This document shows, one piece after another, positions 33,336-36,194 of a stretch of DNA of 36,194 nucleotides (the first letter of the stretch is position 1; each line of letters opens with the position of its first letter). The stretch spans positions 1 through 36,194 of IMG/VR virus record IMGVR_UViG_3300037882_001468. One strand, given 5' to 3'. The stretch comes from a virus. Lineage: Duplodnaviria > Caudoviricetes. Below the pieces are notes generated by a model. The model ran no database searches. It saw only the letters and a list, made by a program, of their open reading frames with translations, and was not told the origin of the DNA. A program made the position numbers and the translations under genes.

Positions 33336-35034
33336 AACTAATATTTACACTCCCTAAGTCGAATGTGTCTGTGCCATTTTCTGTTGTAATGCGAATTTGA
33401 GTGAGTACATCCGACAAAGTTTTATCCCCTGCAAAATAAACGGTTGCAGCACTACCTACACCACTAATACCCTTGCAAACCCATAAATTACCTGAAACTC
33501 TATCTAAATCCAAGCTCCCTTGACGTGTAGAACCAGCGTTAGCACCATTATCATAAATAGCAAACCCTGATGTGAAAAACGCTGAAGCTACGCCGCTTGA
33601 TACCAAAGTCGCAGAATGTCTATAGCCTGTATTTTCTATGCCCCCGCTATCACCTAACCTAACCACAACTTGCGAGCTACCATTAGTGCTAACATTGCTA
33701 AAAGAAAATCTAATTCTATTAACTGTGCTTGGAATACCAGTAAAATCTTTAAATGTGCCAGATGTGGTGTTTTGTGCTGTAGCCAATATATAACTATTAC
33801 TAACAAGCGCTTTGCCGTCAGCTTTAATAATAGCCAAATTCCACAACGTGCCGGTTGCATTATATGTTGCAATAGCAATGTCCCCCGCCGCCGTGGTGTA
33901 GCTTGCACCATTATTGTTTAAAACTAAAGTGGCGCTTGCTGTTAATGTAACACCAGCAGGAAACTCTAAAAATTTAGTCATGCCATCTACGGCACCAGTT
34001 GTCCCAAAGCTATTTAAAGTTCCTGTGCCAGCAGTAAAAAGCACAACATCACCATCTAAGCTGCCAAGCTGAACAGTTGTCGCAATAGCAGTTGTTGGCG
34101 CACGTTTGCCAATTTGAAAGTTTGACCTTGCCCCTGCAACAGTTTTTGCACCACTGCCACCATGCTCAATGTTGGTAAGTGCAGGGGTGCTAATCATAAG
34201 CCATTTTGTGCCGTTATATTCAGCTTCAAACACCGCACCTGTTAAACAATCGCCCAACGCAAGAGCAACACCATTATGCTTTTCAAATGCTTTGTCACCT
34301 GTGCCATCAACATTAAGTGTTACAGCAGTTGTGTTGTTAGCTGCAAAAAAGCCAGTTACACGCTTGCCAGTCGCAAGGGTAACACTGCCACCAGTTGTTA
34401 AGACTAACGCATTAGCCGTGCCAGTCACCACCCCATAGGCAGCGCCAGCAGATGCAGCATTATTCGCCGCCGCAATAGCGCTAGCGTTTGCAGCGTCAGC
34501 CGCCGCAATAGCCGCCGCCGCCGCACCACTCAAATCGCCAGCAGTATCAGGGTCATATGTGGTGTTTATCAAAGCTGTGGCATCAGAATTAAATTTTAAA
34601 GCCCTGTTCGCCGCAGGCACAGGCAATGGGAAGTCAGTAAAACCCGATGCCAATGGGAACTTTAACGAGCGCCCAATGTCATCTTCAAGGTTTTGCGAGA
34701 TGGCCACGGCTTTATCTAAACTATTTTCTAGCGTTTCGCCCTGAAAACCTTTTGCCGTTTTATATGGCTCAGTTTGATTTAAGGGGATTTCTCTAGCCAT
34801 AATGATTGATTTTGTGCTAGGCGGGGCCACTATCATGGTGACAGTAAAACCAGCTTCATTAAATGTTAAGGTATAATCAACGCCTAAAACCTGCAAAGTT
34901 TGGACATTTGTGGTGTTATCTTCAAGATAAACACGCATATAAGAGGCATTAAAAACCTTCCAACTACCTGTAAATATGGTTGTTGAGCCATTGCCAAGCT
35001 GCTTAATGGGCGCATAATTATCTGATATAGCCAT
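33328..35034 (-). CDS. Tail fibre / receptor-binding protein
   Basis: T7 gp17-like N-terminus (GNGSTTIF..DYTL..R..P..Q..LENSLDK), Ala-rich stalk, G/T/S-rich beta domains. Confidence 0.9.
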   Translation of the reverse strand: MAISDNYAPIKQLGNGSTTIFTGSWKVFNASYMRVYLEDNTTNVQTLQVLGVDYTLTFNEAGFTVTMIVAPPSTKSIIMAREIPLNQTEPYKTAKGFQGETLENSLDKAVAISQNLEDDIGRSLKFPLASGFTDFPLPVPAANRALKFNSDATALINTTYDPDTAGDLSGAAAAAIAAADAANASAIAAANNAASAGAAYGVVTGTANALVLTTGGSVTLATGKRVTGFFAANNTTAVTLNVDGTGDKAFEKHNGVALALGDCLTGAVFEAEYNGTKWLMISTPALTNIEHGGSGAKTVAGARSNFQIGKRAPTTAIATTVQLGSLDGDVVLFTAGTGTLNSFGTTGAVDGMTKFLEFPAGVTLTASATLVLNNNGASYTTAAGDIAIATYNATGTLWNLAIIKADGKALVSNSYILATAQNTTSGTFKDFTGIPSTVNRIRFSFSNVSTNGSSQVVVRLGDSGGIENTGYRHSATLVSSGVASAFFTSGFAIYDNGANAGSTRQGSLDLDRVSGNLWVCKGISGVGSAATVYFAGDKTLSDVLTQIRITTENGTDTFDLGSVNISYE

Positions 35035-35089
35035 TCTATTTAATCCCTATTTTCACCGCCAGCATAGACGATATTTTTAAAAACTCAAA

Positions 35090-36194
35090 CTATTTTTTTT
35101 CGCTACCGCCGCCCCACCACCAATAGTATAATCGGCCCACAAATGGCACACTACCCAAAACCTTAGCATCTTTAAGCTCTTTGTCACCAGAGGCTATGCC
35201 TTTAACATCTTTAATCAAATCGCTTATCGGGGTGCCGATTGGCGGCCCAAATAAAGATGCAAATAACGCCTCCATGAAACCATCACGCTCAGACTTCATA
35301 GCCTGATATTTATTTGAACCATAAAGCTTTAAGATGTTATTCATAACTAAATCGTCTAGCTCAATATCACGGCCCAAGATTAAATCTTTCAAAGCGTCCG
35401 AGGCCATGCCCATAATCATTAAATTAACAGCAAGGCTTATTAGATTTTTCAGACCAAGCGCCGTTTGTTTAGCATTGCCGCTTGCCAAGTTATCAAAAAC
35501 TTCGCGCCGATAAACATCAAACTGCTTAACCGTGTATGTTTTTAGCATATAAAACAATCGGCCTTTATTGGCATTAAGGTAGGCTAAAGGCATTTCTGCT
35601 AACGATATTGGCTGCACATCAGAAAGCTCACAGAAGGCAAGAAATAATGTGTTTTCACTCATAACACCGCTAAGCAATTCTTGCTTGACTTCGTTAGCTT
35701 GCTCCCCAAATGCCATTTTAAGCATATCGTTAAATTCGGCATTGCCTTTTTTAGCCTGCTTTTTAAGCCGTGCCATAGCGCCGTCCATGAAAACTTGCTT
35801 ACCAAAGCTATCAAATGCGCTTAGGCCAACTTTATCAAAAACAAATTTAACAGCTCTTGACGAACGGCTTTTATCTCTCAGCTCTTCAAGCATATTGTCT
35901 AAGCCAATATCAGTAGGCTTAATCATGGTTTTTCTAGCAGCAAACTTAGCGACCGATTTAATTGTTTGATAATAGCCATTAGAGTGCAATGAAAATGCCA
36001 AATCCTGAATTTGTGTGATGGCGCTTAAAGGGCTACCCATCAGATAAATGTAAGAAGCGTTTTTAGCCCATGCAACAGCACCGCTTGTGCTAGTCGGCTC
36101 AACCACGCCTTTTAATATGCTCTTAATCACACGCTCTTGTTCAGGCAAAATAACGCCTTGCTCAATCAAGCCGCTAACATATGCGCCGATACTA
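35090..36194 (-). CDS. Giant ejection protein, 3' part (continuation of 1..4385)
   Basis: The ORF is open to the window edge and in frame with 1..4385 through the 99-bp overlap; helical C-terminus ending VPFVGRLYYWWWGGGSEKK. Confidence 0.9.
   Translation of the reverse strand, partial: SIGAYVSGLIEQGVILPEQERVIKSILKGVVEPTSTSGAVAWAKNASYIYLMGSPLSAITQIQDLAFSLHSNGYYQTIKSVAKFAARKTMIKPTDIGLDNMLEELRDKSRSSRAVKFVFDKVGLSAFDSFGKQVFMDGAMARLKKQAKKGNAEFNDMLKMAFGEQANEVKQELLSGVMSENTLFLAFCELSDVQPISLAEMPLAYLNANKGRLFYMLKTYTVKQFDVYRREVFDNLASGNAKQTALGLKNLISLAVNLMIMGMASDALKDLILGRDIELDDLVMNNILKLYGSNKYQAMKSERDGFMEALFASLFGPPIGTPISDLIKDVKGIASGDKELKDAKVLGSVPFVGRLYYWWWGGGSEKK
36096..36194. repeat. 99-bp terminal overlap, right copy
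   Basis: Identical to 1-99. Confidence 0.97.

Noticed and set aside
33051-35034. BPP-1-like diversity-generating retroelement or invertible tail-fibre cassette
   Set aside because: I found no reverse transcriptase, no TR/VR repeat pair, no invertase and no flanking inverted repeats.
4195-35969. Antisense ORFs of 60-125 aa opposite structural and early genes (e.g. 29695..30072, 24887..25222, 35649..35969)
   Set aside because: They lie fully opposite well-supported genes and show no independent coding signal.

Overview
This window is a complete, circularly assembled genome of about 36.1 kb from a short-tailed dsDNA phage. Bases 1-99 are identical to 36096-36194, giving a unit length of 36095 bp. 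The minus strand carries a replication module (O-like initiator with internal iterons, DnaB-like helicase, DUF1064 nuclease, DnaQ-like exonuclease). It also carries a BPP-1/epsilon15/T7-style podovirus morphogenesis module: TerS, TerL, portal, scaffold, major capsid, cement, adaptor, nozzle, GNAT, ejection proteins, tail fibre and lysis genes. A ~1796-aa ejection protein crosses the assembly junction and is mostly missing from the ORF track; it carries an ADP-ribosyltransferase-like domain and an HExxH motif. The plus strand carries an early region of small genes (YqaJ exonuclease and partner, GapR/DUF2312, Lar-like, ASCH, PD-(D/E)XK, LexA-like wHTH, HNH). GapR and the DnaQ type point to an alphaproteobacterial host. 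I found no integrase, CI/Cro, DNA polymerase, RNA polymerase, reverse transcriptase, tRNA or CRISPR. The most striking unexplained signal is the divergent control region (21120-21430). It contains a duplicated ribosome-binding site, a cis anti-RBS element, and a divergently transcribed two-state small RNA carrying complements of both RBS copies, which suggests an RNA-only genetic switch. A second candidate RNA-controlled cassette (promoter-hairpin-HNH-micropeptide-antisense hairpin-promoter) lies at 30315-31032. All family assignments come from motif recognition and gene order; no searches were run.
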